A stretch of DNA of 64,000 bases from Lysobacterales bacterium (GCA_035292625.1 DATDPS010000056.1:12250-76249); one strand, 5' to 3'. Shown: positions 31,653-41,656, counted from the first letter of the stretch. The notes: generated by a model from the sequence alone, not told the origin. Translations and numbers: made by a program.

Positions 31653-32132
31653 TTATGGCAGTCGTTCCACTGCACTTTTACCCAGTTTCTCAAGGCAGTG
31701 GCGCGCGCTACCCACACCGGGAATGTTCGTTTCTGGATCGAGTTCGAGCAATGGCACCAAAACGAACGCACGCTGATGCATGCGCGGATGCGGCAGGTCG
31801 AGCTCAGGTGTGTGCAGCTGAAGCTGATCACAGCATAAAAGATCGAGGTCAATGACTCTCGGACCCCAGCGGACTGCGTTGCGGATACGACCCAATTGCT
31901 GTTCAACGCGCAACAACACTGACAACAATTCAAGGGGTTCCAGTTCAGTCTCAATCTCCGCCACCGCGTTGGTGAATTCCGCTTGTGCCTCAATGCCCCA
32001 CGGGGCCGTGCGGTACAGACTGGATACGCGCCCGACACGGACCGATTCATTGCGGGCCAGTTCAAGCAGTGCCTTCCCTATCGATTCAGGCCCATCACCC
32101 TGGTTGCTCCCGAGTCCGACCAAAGCCCGCAT
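31653..32132 (-). CDS. folK: 2-amino-4-hydroxy-6-hydroxymethyldihydropteridine diphosphokinase
   Basis: 159 aa (LGSNQGD, IDLDLL, LPHPRMHQRAFVLVPL). The pcnB-folK synteny is present. Confidence 0.92.
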   Translation of the reverse strand: MRALVGLGSNQGDGPESIGKALLELARNESVRVGRVSSLYRTAPWGIEAQAEFTNAVAEIETELEPLELLSVLLRVEQQLGRIRNAVRWGPRVIDLDLLCCDQLQLHTPELDLPHPRMHQRAFVLVPLLELDPETNIPGVGSARHCLEKLGKSAVERLP

Positions 32133-32142
32133 GACTTGCGTC

Positions 32143-33465
32143 TCAGGGTCGGTTGCCGCCGCGGTGACGCCTGCGTGTGCGAGGTCGCCGCGCCGGTCTG
32201 CTGTCCGGTGGCGCAGCGACTGTTACAGGCATGTCTTCCTGCGCCTGGGTCCAGAACTGCCCGAGTGCCTTCAAACCGGGATCTTCTTCACCGCGCAACA
32301 ACAGGAAGTCATAAGCGGCTCGAAAACGTGGTTCGCCAAGGATCCGCTTCCAGCGCTTGCCGCTTGTTTTGTTCAGGCGCGGCTGCATCGACCAGATTTG
32401 CCTGGTAACCGTGCTGAAACGCCGCGGTACGGCCGTGCTGCGCGCCTGTGACTGAAACACTTCATCCCCCGCAGCCGTCCATGCATCCTGCTCAGACGTG
32501 CCCGAGGCTGTCAACGCAGCTACGCGTTGCTTGACAGGCTGCCACAACAATGCCGCGAAAAGGAAAGCAGGAGTTACAGGCTTTCCTTCCCGCAAGCGGG
32601 AGTCAGTGTTTTCCAGGGCCTTGCGCAGCAATGGCCCGATGACAATCTGGCCCGGCGATTTGCCGGTTTCAAGACCGGGAAATAACACAGTACTCAAACC
32701 AAAGCGCTGCAGGGCATCGAGGCTACGCGAGCCATGACCGGTGAGGAAAAGTTTGCTTACCTCTTCAAACAGGCGCGCAGGCGGAACGTCTTTGAGCAAG
32801 GCCCCCAGCTCCCGAATCGGAGTCTCGCTGGCCTTGTCGGGTTCTATTCCAAGCTTGGCCACGAAACGTGCGGCACGCAACAGGCGAACCGGATCCTCGC
32901 GGTAGCGCACCGCGGGTTCACCGATAAGTCGCAACCGCTTCTCTTGCAGGTCCTTGTAACCGCCTACATAGTCTTTGATGGTTCCGCTAACCGGATCAAG
33001 AAACAGCGCGTTAATGGTGAAATCACGCCGGATGGCGTCCTCTTCAACGGTGCCCCAGACGTTATCACGCAGAATCCGGCCATTCAGTTTTTCAAGGTCG
33101 CCTTCATCTGCGCTCTGCCCGCGAAAAGTCGCCACTTCAACCAGCGCTCCCCGCTTGCGTACATGAGCCAGTCGAAACCTGCGGCCAATCAGCCGGCAAC
33201 GCGGGAAAATGGCATGCACTTGATCGGGCGTGGCACTGGTGGCCACGTCGAAATCCTTGGGGGCTTTGCCCAGCAACAGATCGCGCACTCCACCGCCCAC
33301 GATGTACGCCTCGAAACCGGCATCCTGCAGGTCCTTGACTACCTCGGTTGCATGCGGGCACAACTCCTTGAGGGCGATGCCGTGTTCTAACCCGGTAATT
33401 TTGTCGTATGTTTTAATAAAAATCCCTGATCGACCTGTCTGAACAGGATCATTCCCTGGCTGCAA
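32143..33465 (-). CDS. pcnB: Poly(A) polymerase I
   Basis: 440 aa with a nucleotidyltransferase head (IVGGGVRDLLLGKAPKDFDVAT) and a basic C-terminal tail. The true start may be non-canonical, as in E. coli. Confidence 0.9.
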   Translation of the reverse strand: MQPGNDPVQTGRSGIFIKTYDKITGLEHGIALKELCPHATEVVKDLQDAGFEAYIVGGGVRDLLLGKAPKDFDVATSATPDQVHAIFPRCRLIGRRFRLAHVRKRGALVEVATFRGQSADEGDLEKLNGRILRDNVWGTVEEDAIRRDFTINALFLDPVSGTIKDYVGGYKDLQEKRLRLIGEPAVRYREDPVRLLRAARFVAKLGIEPDKASETPIRELGALLKDVPPARLFEEVSKLFLTGHGSRSLDALQRFGLSTVLFPGLETGKSPGQIVIGPLLRKALENTDSRLREGKPVTPAFLFAALLWQPVKQRVAALTASGTSEQDAWTAAGDEVFQSQARSTAVPRRFSTVTRQIWSMQPRLNKTSGKRWKRILGEPRFRAAYDFLLLRGEEDPGLKALGQFWTQAQEDMPVTVAAPPDSRPARRPRTRRRHRGGNRP

Positions 33466-33562
33466 TGGTGATTGAATCGGTGGTTGCCAACGAATTCAGA
33501 TTGAATATGATATCGGCGCTAGTTTACCATGTGCGGCCGGTTCACATTGATACAACCCTGAA

Positions 33563-33638
33563 GCTCCCTTCGTCTAGCGGTCCAGGACGCGGCCCTCTCA
33601 AGGCTGAAACACGAGTTCGATTCTCGTAGGGAGCGCCA
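33563..33638 (+). tRNA. tRNA-Glu, anticodon CUC
   Basis: Sequence GCTCCCTTCGTCTAGCGGTCCAGGACGCGGCCCTCTCAAGGCTGAAACACGAGTTCGATTCTCGTAGGGAGCGCCA. The acceptor stem is GCTCCCT/AGGGAGC and the D-arm is like E. coli tRNA-Glu. The anticodon stem is CGGCC/GGCTG with loop CTCTCAA. The T-loop is TTCGATT and CCA is encoded. Confidence 0.9.
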
Positions 33639-33679
33639 CTGGTAATTAGTATGCGTGAATGGTTCAAGCGAGCGAGAAG

Positions 33680-34024
33680 ATGACTTTTGTAGTTACCGAA
33701 AATTGCATCAAGTGCAAGTATATGGACTGCGTCGAAGTATGTCCCGTCGACTGCTTTCATGAGGGTCCCAACTTCCTTGTCATCGATCCGGAAGAATGCA
33801 TCGACTGTACCTTGTGCGAACCTGAGTGCCCGGCTGAAGCCATCTTCCCTGAAGACGATTTACCCGGCGGACAAGAGCTTTTCACCCAGTTGAATGCCGA
33901 ACTGGCTAAAAAATGGCCCGTTATTACCCAGCGCGGGGAACCCCCGCCGGACGCGACAGAATGGGACGGCAAGGAAAACAAGCTGAAACTGCTGGAGCGT
34001 GGAGCAAGCGGGGCCGGAGAGTAA
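33680..34024 (+). CDS. fdxA: 7Fe ferredoxin (FdxA-type, [3Fe-4S][4Fe-4S])
   Basis: [29 protein letters not shown] ... [12 protein letters not shown] is the classic Azotobacter-type ferredoxin pattern. The ORF begins at 33659, but the conserved start is at 33680. Confidence 0.9.
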   Translation: MTFVVTENCIKCKYMDCVEVCPVDCFHEGPNFLVIDPEECIDCTLCEPECPAEAIFPEDDLPGGQELFTQLNAELAKKWPVITQRGEPPPDATEWDGKENKLKLLERGASGAGE

Positions 34025-34063
34025 GATTCTGGCTTCGGGGATAAACCCTTTTGGTGCACCAAC

Positions 34064-34711
34064 TCATCCCAACCTCTCACCCAAGATGGCCAAAATGTGT
34101 TCCGCAGCGTTTGGATCGGCGTCAGAGCCATCTCCATTGATGATGTAAACGCGTGAATTTTCACCGTCAACCCGGATCACGGCCTGATAAATGCCACTGT
34201 AGTTTTGCGCATCGTCCCGCCAAAAGGCCAGCTTGCTGAAAAATCCCTCGTTTGGATCTTTTGAGTCGTGCCAGTATTCAAACCGGTAAGCGTAGTCATC
34301 CACCGCTTCCGCCAGTGTCAGGCCGCTGCGCTGGATGACCAGGCCCATGCGCCGGAATGTACTTTGGGGTGAATCTTCAACAAACAGATACACCCCATCA
34401 GACGCCCAGCGTATGGGCATCAGCGCCTTTCCACCTGACGACTGGCTTGAAACGCGGGGCGGAACAGCCTGAATTTCCCTTTGCGGCAATGGGGAAACGG
34501 GTGTGGTGATGACCAGAGCATTGGTTGAGGACGGGTGATCAAGGCCAGCGGGAATTTCCAGTGTCGGCGCTTCCACCGCTGAATAATAGATTGGCTGCTT
34601 TTCTTCGCGGTTGAACATTCCGCAAGCAGTTAGTGCCAGGCTGCACGCAATCACCCCGGGGATGACAACCAGCCGAATCGTGTTCACTTCGTCAATTACT
34701 GGGAATCTCAT
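34064..34711 (-). CDS. bamC: Outer-membrane lipoprotein, short BamC(NlpB)-like
   Basis: It lies immediately downstream of dapA, the conserved dapA-bamC position. The lipobox is LALTACG. By eye it is similar to the E. coli BamC N-terminal region (APTLEIPAGL vs APLAELHAPAGM; LFVEDSPQSTFRRMGLVIQRSGLTL vs [26 protein letters not shown]). It is only 215 aa. Confidence 0.6.
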   Translation of the reverse strand: MRFPVIDEVNTIRLVVIPGVIACSLALTACGMFNREEKQPIYYSAVEAPTLEIPAGLDHPSSTNALVITTPVSPLPQREIQAVPPRVSSQSSGGKALMPIRWASDGVYLFVEDSPQSTFRRMGLVIQRSGLTLAEAVDDYAYRFEYWHDSKDPNEGFFSKLAFWRDDAQNYSGIYQAVIRVDGENSRVYIINGDGSDADPNAAEHILAILGERLG

Positions 34712-34782
34712 ATCAGGTTCTCAATTCGCTTCTGCTGGCAATGAGCCCGTGAATGGTGGCAGCCGCAGACTGGCCAGCATGA

Positions 34783-35664
34783 TCACGGGTTCAAATCGCC
34801 CAATTCCGCCAAACAATCGTGCAGTGCTTCGCGGTATGAAGCCGAGAGGGGTGTCAAAGGCAATCTTAACTGCGGTGAACACAAGGACATTTCATGCAAC
34901 GCCCATTTTACAGGAATCGGATTGGTTTCGATCATTAATAAATCAAACAGCCGGCGCAATCGTGATTCTTCCAATTCTGCCACCTCCCAGTCATGCCGGG
35001 CTGCCGCCTGGCAGATGGCTTTGAACCGTCCGGGCACTACGTTGGCCGCAACGGAAATCACCCCGCGCGCACCATGGCGCATGGCCTGCAAGCAACTGTT
35101 ATCATCGCCGCTCAGGACCGAGAAGTCCCCACCGCGCAGCCGGCATAGCGCTTCTATCCGCTCCACTCGCCCAACCGCTTCCTTGATTGCGACAATCCGC
35201 TCATGACTGGCCAGCAATTGCACGGTTTCCGGCTGCAAGTCAACCCCGGTGCGCGAGGGCACGTTGTAGAGAATTACAGGCAAATCACTGCTGTCCGCCA
35301 CCGCTCGAAAATGCTGCAACAAGCCATGCTGGGTGGGGCGATTGTAATAAGGAGTCACAACCAATGCAGCGTCTGCCCCATGGTCTGCCGCCATTCGGGT
35401 ATTGTCGATCGTATGGTCCGTCGCGGCGGCCCCGGTGCCAGCGATCACCGGAATCCGGCCTCTCACCTGGCTGACAACGGCCTTCAGCAGCGCCTGCAAC
35501 TCTCCCGCACGCAAGGTTGCGGACTCACCCGTCGAGCCCCCTACCACCAGAGCATCCGTACCGGTGTCCAGGTGAAAAGTCACAAGCAGGGCAAGTGCCG
35601 CGAAATCAATTTCGCCCGCCTCGTCAAAAGGTGTGACCAACGCTACGATACTGCCTTTAAACAT
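34783..35664 (-). CDS. dapA: 4-hydroxy-tetrahydrodipicolinate synthase
   Basis: 293 aa with MFKGSIVALVTPF, GSTGES, YNVPSRTG and a KEA active-site Lys region. Confidence 0.95.
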   Translation of the reverse strand: MFKGSIVALVTPFDEAGEIDFAALALLVTFHLDTGTDALVVGGSTGESATLRAGELQALLKAVVSQVRGRIPVIAGTGAAATDHTIDNTRMAADHGADAALVVTPYYNRPTQHGLLQHFRAVADSSDLPVILYNVPSRTGVDLQPETVQLLASHERIVAIKEAVGRVERIEALCRLRGGDFSVLSGDDNSCLQAMRHGARGVISVAANVVPGRFKAICQAAARHDWEVAELEESRLRRLFDLLMIETNPIPVKWALHEMSLCSPQLRLPLTPLSASYREALHDCLAELGDLNP

Positions 35665-35778
35665 AAATGTTGATTATCCTAGGACGGCTGCATGGTACTT
35701 GCGGCACCCCGGGCTGACAAGTATCCTGCACTAGGAGTCTGCGCGGCAGAAATGGCGCCTACTGGAACCCGGAGTTCA

Positions 35779-36258
35779 ATGGTCAGCATCGGCAATAAGG
35801 TCGCCAATTTCTCCTTACCCGCTACCGGCGACAAAGCCCTGTCCCTGAAAGACTTCTCCGGCACTCACTTGGTGCTTTACTTTTACCCCAAGGACAATAC
35901 CCCGGGCTGCACGCTCGAGGGCCAGGGTTTCCGTGACGCATATCCCAGGTTCAAACGCGCCGGCGCCGAAGTGTTGGGGGTATCACGCGACAGCGTGAAA
36001 TCACATGAAGGATTCAAAACAAAGCACGAATTCCCATTTGCTCTTTTATCCGACACGGACGAGTCAGTGTGCCGTCAGTTTGACGTCATAAAGGAAAAAA
36101 ACCTCTATGGCAGAAAATTTTGGGGCATTGAACGCAGCACCTTCCTGATCGACAAGAACGGGATGTTACGGCAAGAGTGGCGAAAAGTGCGGGTGAACCG
36201 TCATGTTGAAGCGGTGTTGCAGGCTGTCATCTCGCTGCAAGAGTTAAGGGACGTCTGA
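35779..36258 (+). CDS. bcp: Thiol peroxidase Bcp (peroxiredoxin Q)
   Basis: The YFYPKDNTPGCT peroxidatic-Cys motif is present. The conserved start MVSIGNKVANFSLP is at 35779, while the ORF opens at 35692. Confidence 0.9.
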   Translation: MVSIGNKVANFSLPATGDKALSLKDFSGTHLVLYFYPKDNTPGCTLEGQGFRDAYPRFKRAGAEVLGVSRDSVKSHEGFKTKHEFPFALLSDTDESVCRQFDVIKEKNLYGRKFWGIERSTFLIDKNGMLRQEWRKVRVNRHVEAVLQAVISLQELRDV

Positions 36259-36333
36259 ACCATTATGTACGCGAGCACATAACGGATCAGAGGTCCCCAA
36301 ATCAACCAAACTATCACAAGGAACTGCCCGCCC

Positions 36334-37728
36334 ATGGGAAGTGAAAAACGCCTGTATATCCTCGATACCAATGTACTGATGCACGACCCCACTGCCCTTT
36401 TCCGCTTCGAAGAACACGACGTTTTCCTGCCCATGATGGTGTTGGAAGAGCTCGATGCAGCAAAAAAGGGATTGTCGGAAGTGGCGCGAAACGTTCGGCA
36501 GGTCAGCAGGTTCATCGACCAGATGATGCAGCGCCAGGAAATAACCCGCCTTGACGAAGGACTCGAGCTCGTCCTTCCAGAAGGTATCGGATTTTCCAGG
36601 GGTAGCGGAAAATTGTATTTCCAGACCAGCATGCCGGAAACGCTTTCCAGCCTGCTGCGGGATGGGTCGTTCGCGGATAATGAAATCCTTTCCACCGCCC
36701 TGTCACTGCAGAAGGAGCATCCGGAACGCAAGATCATCCTGGTTTCCAAGGATATAAACCTGCGTATCAAGGCCGCCATTCTCGGCGTCCAGGCCGAAGA
36801 CTATTACAACGACCGCGCGCTGGATGACCTCAGCATGTTGTATCGCGGCACGCGTAATCATGCTGCCAACTTCTGGGACGATTACCCGGATCTTGAGTCG
36901 TGGAACGGGAATGGAAGGACGTACTATCGCTTCAACCTGAAGGAGGAAAATGGCTGGTACCCGAACCAGTGCATATCCATTGGCGATGACAATGGCGTTG
37001 AAGCCATCGTCAAGGAACTGAACAAAAGCACGGTCAAACTTCAGCTGGTCGATGACTATTATGAAGGACACAAGAGCGTATGGGGCGTGCATGCGCGCAA
37101 TCGCGAACAGAACTTCGCGCTGAATTTGTTGATGGATCCGGATATCGATTTCGTGACGCTGATGGGAACAGCAGGCACCGGTAAAACTTTGCTGACGCTG
37201 GCAGCCGGCCTGGCACAGGTCATGGACAAAAAGCGTTACAGCGAAATTATCGTGACCCGCGCAACCGTCCCCATCGGTGAAGACATTGGCTACCTGCCCG
37301 GAACCGAAGAAGAGAAAATGACTCCATGGATGGGGGCGCTGACAGACAATTTTGAAGTTTTGACCCAACCACAGGAAGGCGGGGAATGGGGCCGGGCTGC
37401 CACCAATGACTTGCTGGCCAGCCGGGTCAAGATTCGCGCCCTGAATTTCATGCGTGGCAGGACTTTTCTCAATCGTTTCCTCATTATCGACGAAGCCCAG
37501 AACATCACGCCGAAGCAAATGAAAGCGCTGGTTACCAGGGCGGGGCCGGGTACCAAGGTGGTCTGCCTGGGTAACGTGGAGCAAATCGACACGCCCTACC
37601 TGACTGAAACGACTTCAGGGCTGACATTCGCAGTGGACCGGTTCAAGGACTGGGCGCATGCCGGGCATATCACCTTGCGCAGGGGTGAGCGATCACGGCT
37701 GGCTGACTTCGCCTCCGACGCTCTCTGA
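36334..37728 (+). CDS. PhoH2-type protein (N-terminal PIN domain + PhoH-like ATPase)
   Basis: A PIN start (YILDTNVLMHDP) with EELD. The PhoH domain has Walker A GTAGTGKT and IIDEAQN (Walker B). Confidence 0.85.
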   Translation: MGSEKRLYILDTNVLMHDPTALFRFEEHDVFLPMMVLEELDAAKKGLSEVARNVRQVSRFIDQMMQRQEITRLDEGLELVLPEGIGFSRGSGKLYFQTSMPETLSSLLRDGSFADNEILSTALSLQKEHPERKIILVSKDINLRIKAAILGVQAEDYYNDRALDDLSMLYRGTRNHAANFWDDYPDLESWNGNGRTYYRFNLKEENGWYPNQCISIGDDNGVEAIVKELNKSTVKLQLVDDYYEGHKSVWGVHARNREQNFALNLLMDPDIDFVTLMGTAGTGKTLLTLAAGLAQVMDKKRYSEIIVTRATVPIGEDIGYLPGTEEEKMTPWMGALTDNFEVLTQPQEGGEWGRAATNDLLASRVKIRALNFMRGRTFLNRFLIIDEAQNITPKQMKALVTRAGPGTKVVCLGNVEQIDTPYLTETTSGLTFAVDRFKDWAHAGHITLRRGERSRLADFASDAL

Positions 37729-38844
37729 TTCGGGTTGAACTTCCAGCCCGGCTCGTGGCCAGGCCTTTAAAACGGCCTGCACGAGGGTGGCCAGAGGAAT
37801 TGCGAAGAATACGCCCCAAAACCCCCACAGGCCGCCAAATACCAGTATGGCCAGAACGATTCCGACCGGGTGCAGATTGACCACCTCGGAAAACAACACC
37901 GGAACGAGCACATTACCATCGAGCGCCTGAATCACGCCGTACGCGATCAACACCTGCACAAACTCCAAACTCCAGCCAAACTGAAAATAGGCCACGACCG
38001 CAATCGGCAGGGTGGCCACGGCCGCACCGATGTAGGGGATGAGCACAGAAACTCCCACCAGGAAGGCCAGCAGGGCCGAGTATTGCAGGTCCAGCAGGAT
38101 GAACGTGACATAGCTTGCCGATCCCACGATGAAAATTTCCATCACTTTGCCGCGAACATAATTGGCTACCTGCATCTCCGCTTCAACCCAAACTCCGGTC
38201 ACCAATGAGCGTTCTTTTGGCAGAAAATTCACCAACCATTGGATCATCAGGTCTTTGTCCTTCATAAAAAAGAACACCAACACTGGCACCAGCACAAGGA
38301 AAATAATCAAAGCGAAAAGCATCACAACGGAAGACAAGGACCAGGCAAGCAGTTGCTGACCAGCGCTTGCAACATCTTGCCCGAGACTGCTCATCAGAGC
38401 TTGCACCTGCTCTTCTGAAACCAGCTGCGGATACTTTTCCGGCAAGTGCTCCAGCAGATCCTGTCCCTTTGCAAGGTAGTCCGGTAACTGCTGCACCAAT
38501 TGCGTCAATTGCCGTAAAACACTCGGAATGACGCCAAGCAGCAGGAATACGAGAAGAGCCATGAAACCCAGGAATACGATAACCACGGCCGGCAGACGGC
38601 TGAGGCCGGTTCGTTGCAGCGCGACCACCAGTGCTTCCAGCAAGTAAGCCACAACCAAAGCCGCAAACAGCGGCGCCAGCCACCTTCCCAAGCCAATGAT
38701 GACGGCAAAGCCGACAATCAGAACCACACCCAGGACCACTACCTGGGGGTCGGAAAAGGATCGCTTAAACCAGTTTTTCAGCAGTTCCAAATGTCTTGCC
38801 TTTGTCCTGCTCCAGCGCTCGGAGTGGGAAACTGCGATGGTCAA
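37693..38844 (-). CDS. AI-2E family transporter (PerM/YhhT-like permease)
   Basis: 383 aa polytopic protein with the typical C-terminal half (LIPYIGAAVATLP, GLWGFWGVFFAIPLA). Its 3' end overlaps the PhoH2 3' end by 36 nt in convergent orientation. Confidence 0.8.
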   Translation of the reverse strand: MTIAVSHSERWSRTKARHLELLKNWFKRSFSDPQVVVLGVVLIVGFAVIIGLGRWLAPLFAALVVAYLLEALVVALQRTGLSRLPAVVIVFLGFMALLVFLLLGVIPSVLRQLTQLVQQLPDYLAKGQDLLEHLPEKYPQLVSEEQVQALMSSLGQDVASAGQQLLAWSLSSVVMLFALIIFLVLVPVLVFFFMKDKDLMIQWLVNFLPKERSLVTGVWVEAEMQVANYVRGKVMEIFIVGSASYVTFILLDLQYSALLAFLVGVSVLIPYIGAAVATLPIAVVAYFQFGWSLEFVQVLIAYGVIQALDGNVLVPVLFSEVVNLHPVGIVLAILVFGGLWGFWGVFFAIPLATLVQAVLKAWPRAGLEVQPESESVGGEVSQP

Positions 38845-38877
38845 AAGGTCCGATCAATGGACCCGGTCTGAGAGGAT

Positions 38878-40140
38878 TTAGAACGCTTTGGTCCAGAGCG
38901 CCTCGAGCTCAAACCGCTGATCCAGGTCGTCGGTCGTCACGCCAAGTACACTGCCACCAAATGCGTATTCTGCGGGAGCATACGCCGCACTGAAGTTCAG
39001 CCGGCTGGTTGGCCCGGTGCGGCGGGAATACCCGACAATCAGGGCTTGCTCGGCCAGTTCACCCTTGAGCGCCTGGCTCAGCAGGGCTGAGGAAGGTGAA
39101 GGTTGCGACCGGCTGCTGAAGTCGATATGCCATTCCTGCCTGGCGCCATCGGACCAGGTCCATCCAACGGAATAAACCGTCAGGTCTTCCCAGGCAAAAC
39201 TCGGGCTGGTGGAATCGCCCAGCAAGGACAGCAAGCGGTTGGGCAAATACCGGCTGGGAAAAGCCGTGATGTCGCTGTAGAGCACCCGTTCAACCGCTAC
39301 GTTGAGCCATGAGCGCGATCCGGTCTTGAAATCCACTCCCACACTGGCGCGTGCCGGGATATCCAGGTCCGCCGGGCTGGCATAGACCCCGCGAAACGCA
39401 GCGAAGTCTTCCATATCGATACGCGACTGGTATTCGGTTTCAATCGCAATTCCGCTGAAGATTTCCTGCCGCAGCCCCAGGCTTACGCCTGTGCCGTAGC
39501 CCGATTCTTCAAACGGCCGGTAACCGGAACTTGGCCAGAAGAAAGCGTTGTCCGGAGTAGTCGCCGAGAGCAGGCCCAGATTGGCTGCACTGTAGCGCTG
39601 GTGCGCGATCACGGCGGCCACGCCCAACACGCCGTTGTCGTTCAACTCGTGTTCGAATCCCGGTGTGAAATACTGCCGTTCAAACATGGAGCCGGTGAAA
39701 AGCGAGTCATCGACGGCTTCCGGCACGAGGTACTGTCCGGAGGATTGCCAATCGAAGTTCATGTAAAAATGGGTATCGGCATCTGCGCCGAGGTCTTCCG
39801 CAAAGTCCGGCAGGATCAACACGTCGTTATACTGCAGCCAGCTTACGCGGACTGGAGCAACGTTTTCAGGTAGCAAATAACTCGGAGTCAATTCCTGGGC
39901 GAGGTATTCCTGCCATGGACCCAATTCGAAGCCCAGAACGTAGAAGGAAGTAAGACCCGTGCCACCCGCCGCGAAACTGGCTGCAGGCAAGCCGACCCAG
40001 TTGGCTCCAGCCGCACATGGGGCAAGCGCCAGGAGAGTGGCTATTGAAATGGCAACTTTTGCTTGCAGTCCGGGCACCTTTATCACGCATCTATGCCTTG
40101 ATGTAGGGCGAAATATGGCAGGAATACAACACAGTGTCAA
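38878..40140 (-). CDS. Putative outer-membrane beta-barrel protein (FadL/OMPP1-like?)
   Basis: A signal-like segment (KVAISIATLLALAPCAAGA), alternating beta-strand-like sequence, and a C-terminal ...LWTKAF ending in aromatic Phe. The family assignment is only by eye and the start is uncertain. Confidence 0.5.
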   Translation of the reverse strand: MTLCCIPAIFRPTSRHRCVIKVPGLQAKVAISIATLLALAPCAAGANWVGLPAASFAAGGTGLTSFYVLGFELGPWQEYLAQELTPSYLLPENVAPVRVSWLQYNDVLILPDFAEDLGADADTHFYMNFDWQSSGQYLVPEAVDDSLFTGSMFERQYFTPGFEHELNDNGVLGVAAVIAHQRYSAANLGLLSATTPDNAFFWPSSGYRPFEESGYGTGVSLGLRQEIFSGIAIETEYQSRIDMEDFAAFRGVYASPADLDIPARASVGVDFKTGSRSWLNVAVERVLYSDITAFPSRYLPNRLLSLLGDSTSPSFAWEDLTVYSVGWTWSDGARQEWHIDFSSRSQPSPSSALLSQALKGELAEQALIVGYSRRTGPTSRLNFSAAYAPAEYAFGGSVLGVTTDDLDQRFELEALWTKAF

Positions 40141-40332
40141 TGTCCCGGCCCATGCCGCCGTTGCTTTTACAAAGCAGCCGGTGACATCAGTGACAAGTTA
40201 CTGATTTGAATAAGCCAATCTATTTTGGCGCGAGGCGTTTTCACAAACCCTGGCGGGCGCTCAGTGGCTTGCGCGAAAACAAGGCGTTGTTAGAATGCAA
40301 CAGTCTGGATTCACCGCTTCAGGAGTACGGCT

Positions 40333-41142
40333 TTGCCTGCAGGTAAACTACGTTCTTGCGTCCTGACCATCGCCGGTTCAGACAGTTGCGGGGGAGCCGG
40401 GGTACAGGCTGATCTGAAGGCATTTGCCGCAGCCGGTGTGCATGGCGCCAGCGTCATCACTTCAGTGACAGCGCAGAACACCCTCGGCGTCTTTGCCGTG
40501 GATCATGTAGCGGAAGACATGCTGCTCGCTCAACTTGATGCCGTGCTGGATGACCTGCCGGTCCGGGCCGCCAAGACCGGAATGCTCCCCAGCCCGCTTG
40601 GCATCGAGCTCATTGCCGCAAGGCTGGCACGATGCAAACCCGGAATTCCCCTCGTGGTCGACCCGGTGCTGATCGCAACCAGCGGTGTTGAACTGAGTGG
40701 ACAAGCTGCCATGCACGCGCTGCAACAACACATCTTTCCCCTGGCCACTGTGATCACGCCTAACCTGGTCGAAGCCCGAGCGCTGACCGGGCTTTCCGTG
40801 AACTCATTGGAGGAAATGGAAATCGCTGGCCGCAAGTTACTCGAGCACGGCTGCACGGGAGTACTGATGAAAGGCGGCCATTTGGAGTCCGGAACGATTA
40901 CCGACCTGCTCATTACCGCCGGGGGAGCGCTGCCATTTTCGCACCCCGCTCAACCAGGCACTTACCATGGAACCGGTTGCACATTATCAGCAACGGTAGC
41001 GGCAAAATTGGCACTGGGCGAACGATTGAAAGATGCTGTTGCCTATGCCATCGGATTTGTCCAGGAATGCATCCGGCACAGCCACCTGCCCGAGCGGGGC
41101 ACGATCAGGCTTTTGGGGGTTGCTCCGCCGGCCGTTCGATAA
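40333..41142 (+). CDS. thiD: Hydroxymethylpyrimidine/phosphomethylpyrimidine kinase
   Basis: [20 protein letters not shown] and GTGCTLSA motifs. A TTG start lies 7 nt after an AGGAG RBS. Confidence 0.9.
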   Translation: MPAGKLRSCVLTIAGSDSCGGAGVQADLKAFAAAGVHGASVITSVTAQNTLGVFAVDHVAEDMLLAQLDAVLDDLPVRAAKTGMLPSPLGIELIAARLARCKPGIPLVVDPVLIATSGVELSGQAAMHALQQHIFPLATVITPNLVEARALTGLSVNSLEEMEIAGRKLLEHGCTGVLMKGGHLESGTITDLLITAGGALPFSHPAQPGTYHGTGCTLSATVAAKLALGERLKDAVAYAIGFVQECIRHSHLPERGTIRLLGVAPPAVR

Positions 41143-41311
41143 TCGCAGCGGCAAAAGTCTCGGTCTGGCCAGTGCCACCCAGCACCGTTCACGTGTTCTC
41201 CTGAAGCGATGCTTGTGTAAGGCTGTTATTTAAGAATGGTTGGATTGCGCTGTGAAAAGCGTTCCATTTTACATTGCTGCAGAAACAACCAGGCTGCCGG
41301 CGGGATAAAAC

Positions 41312-41656
41312 TCAGATGCAGCTCAGCGGCCGTGGCAGCCCTGCGTAGCGGCATGCCTGAATACCAGGGCCCTGGGGAAACAACTGGTAGAGATAGCGGC
41401 TGCTGCCTTTCGCCTCGCCAAACTGCTCTTTTGCCTGTCGGACAAGTGCTCGCATCGGCGGCTCGATTTCGTAACGTGAAAAATATTCCCGGAAGATGTG
41501 CAGGATGCCCCAATGCTCTGCAGTCAAAACGATGCCATCGAGCAACGCCATGCATTCAGCCACTCGCGGAGTCCAGCTGCCAGCATCAAGCAGGTAGCCT
41601 TTCTCATCGAGGGCCAATGTCGTGCCGTCATCGAGTCGTAATTCAGTTTGCTTCAT
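41312..41656 (-). CDS. DsrC/TusE-family sulfur-relay protein carrying both C-terminal-arm cysteines
   Basis: It resembles E. coli TusE throughout (GYL..SQW, EHW..., SRYLYQLFPQGP). The C-terminus is QACRYAGLPRPLSCI (Cys-X10-Cys). The ATG at 41656 overlaps the upstream gene's stop (ATGA). The ORF-track start at 41686 is probably too long. Confidence 0.85.
   Translation of the reverse strand: MKQTELRLDDGTTLALDEKGYLLDAGSWTPRVAECMALLDGIVLTAEHWGILHIFREYFSRYEIEPPMRALVRQAKEQFGEAKGSSRYLYQLFPQGPGIQACRYAGLPRPLSCI

Noticed and set aside
40141-40332. A possible TPP (THI-box) riboswitch upstream of thiD.
   Set aside because: I could not find the conserved CTGAGA or ACCTGATCTGGATAATGCCAGC-type elements in the 190-nt leader.
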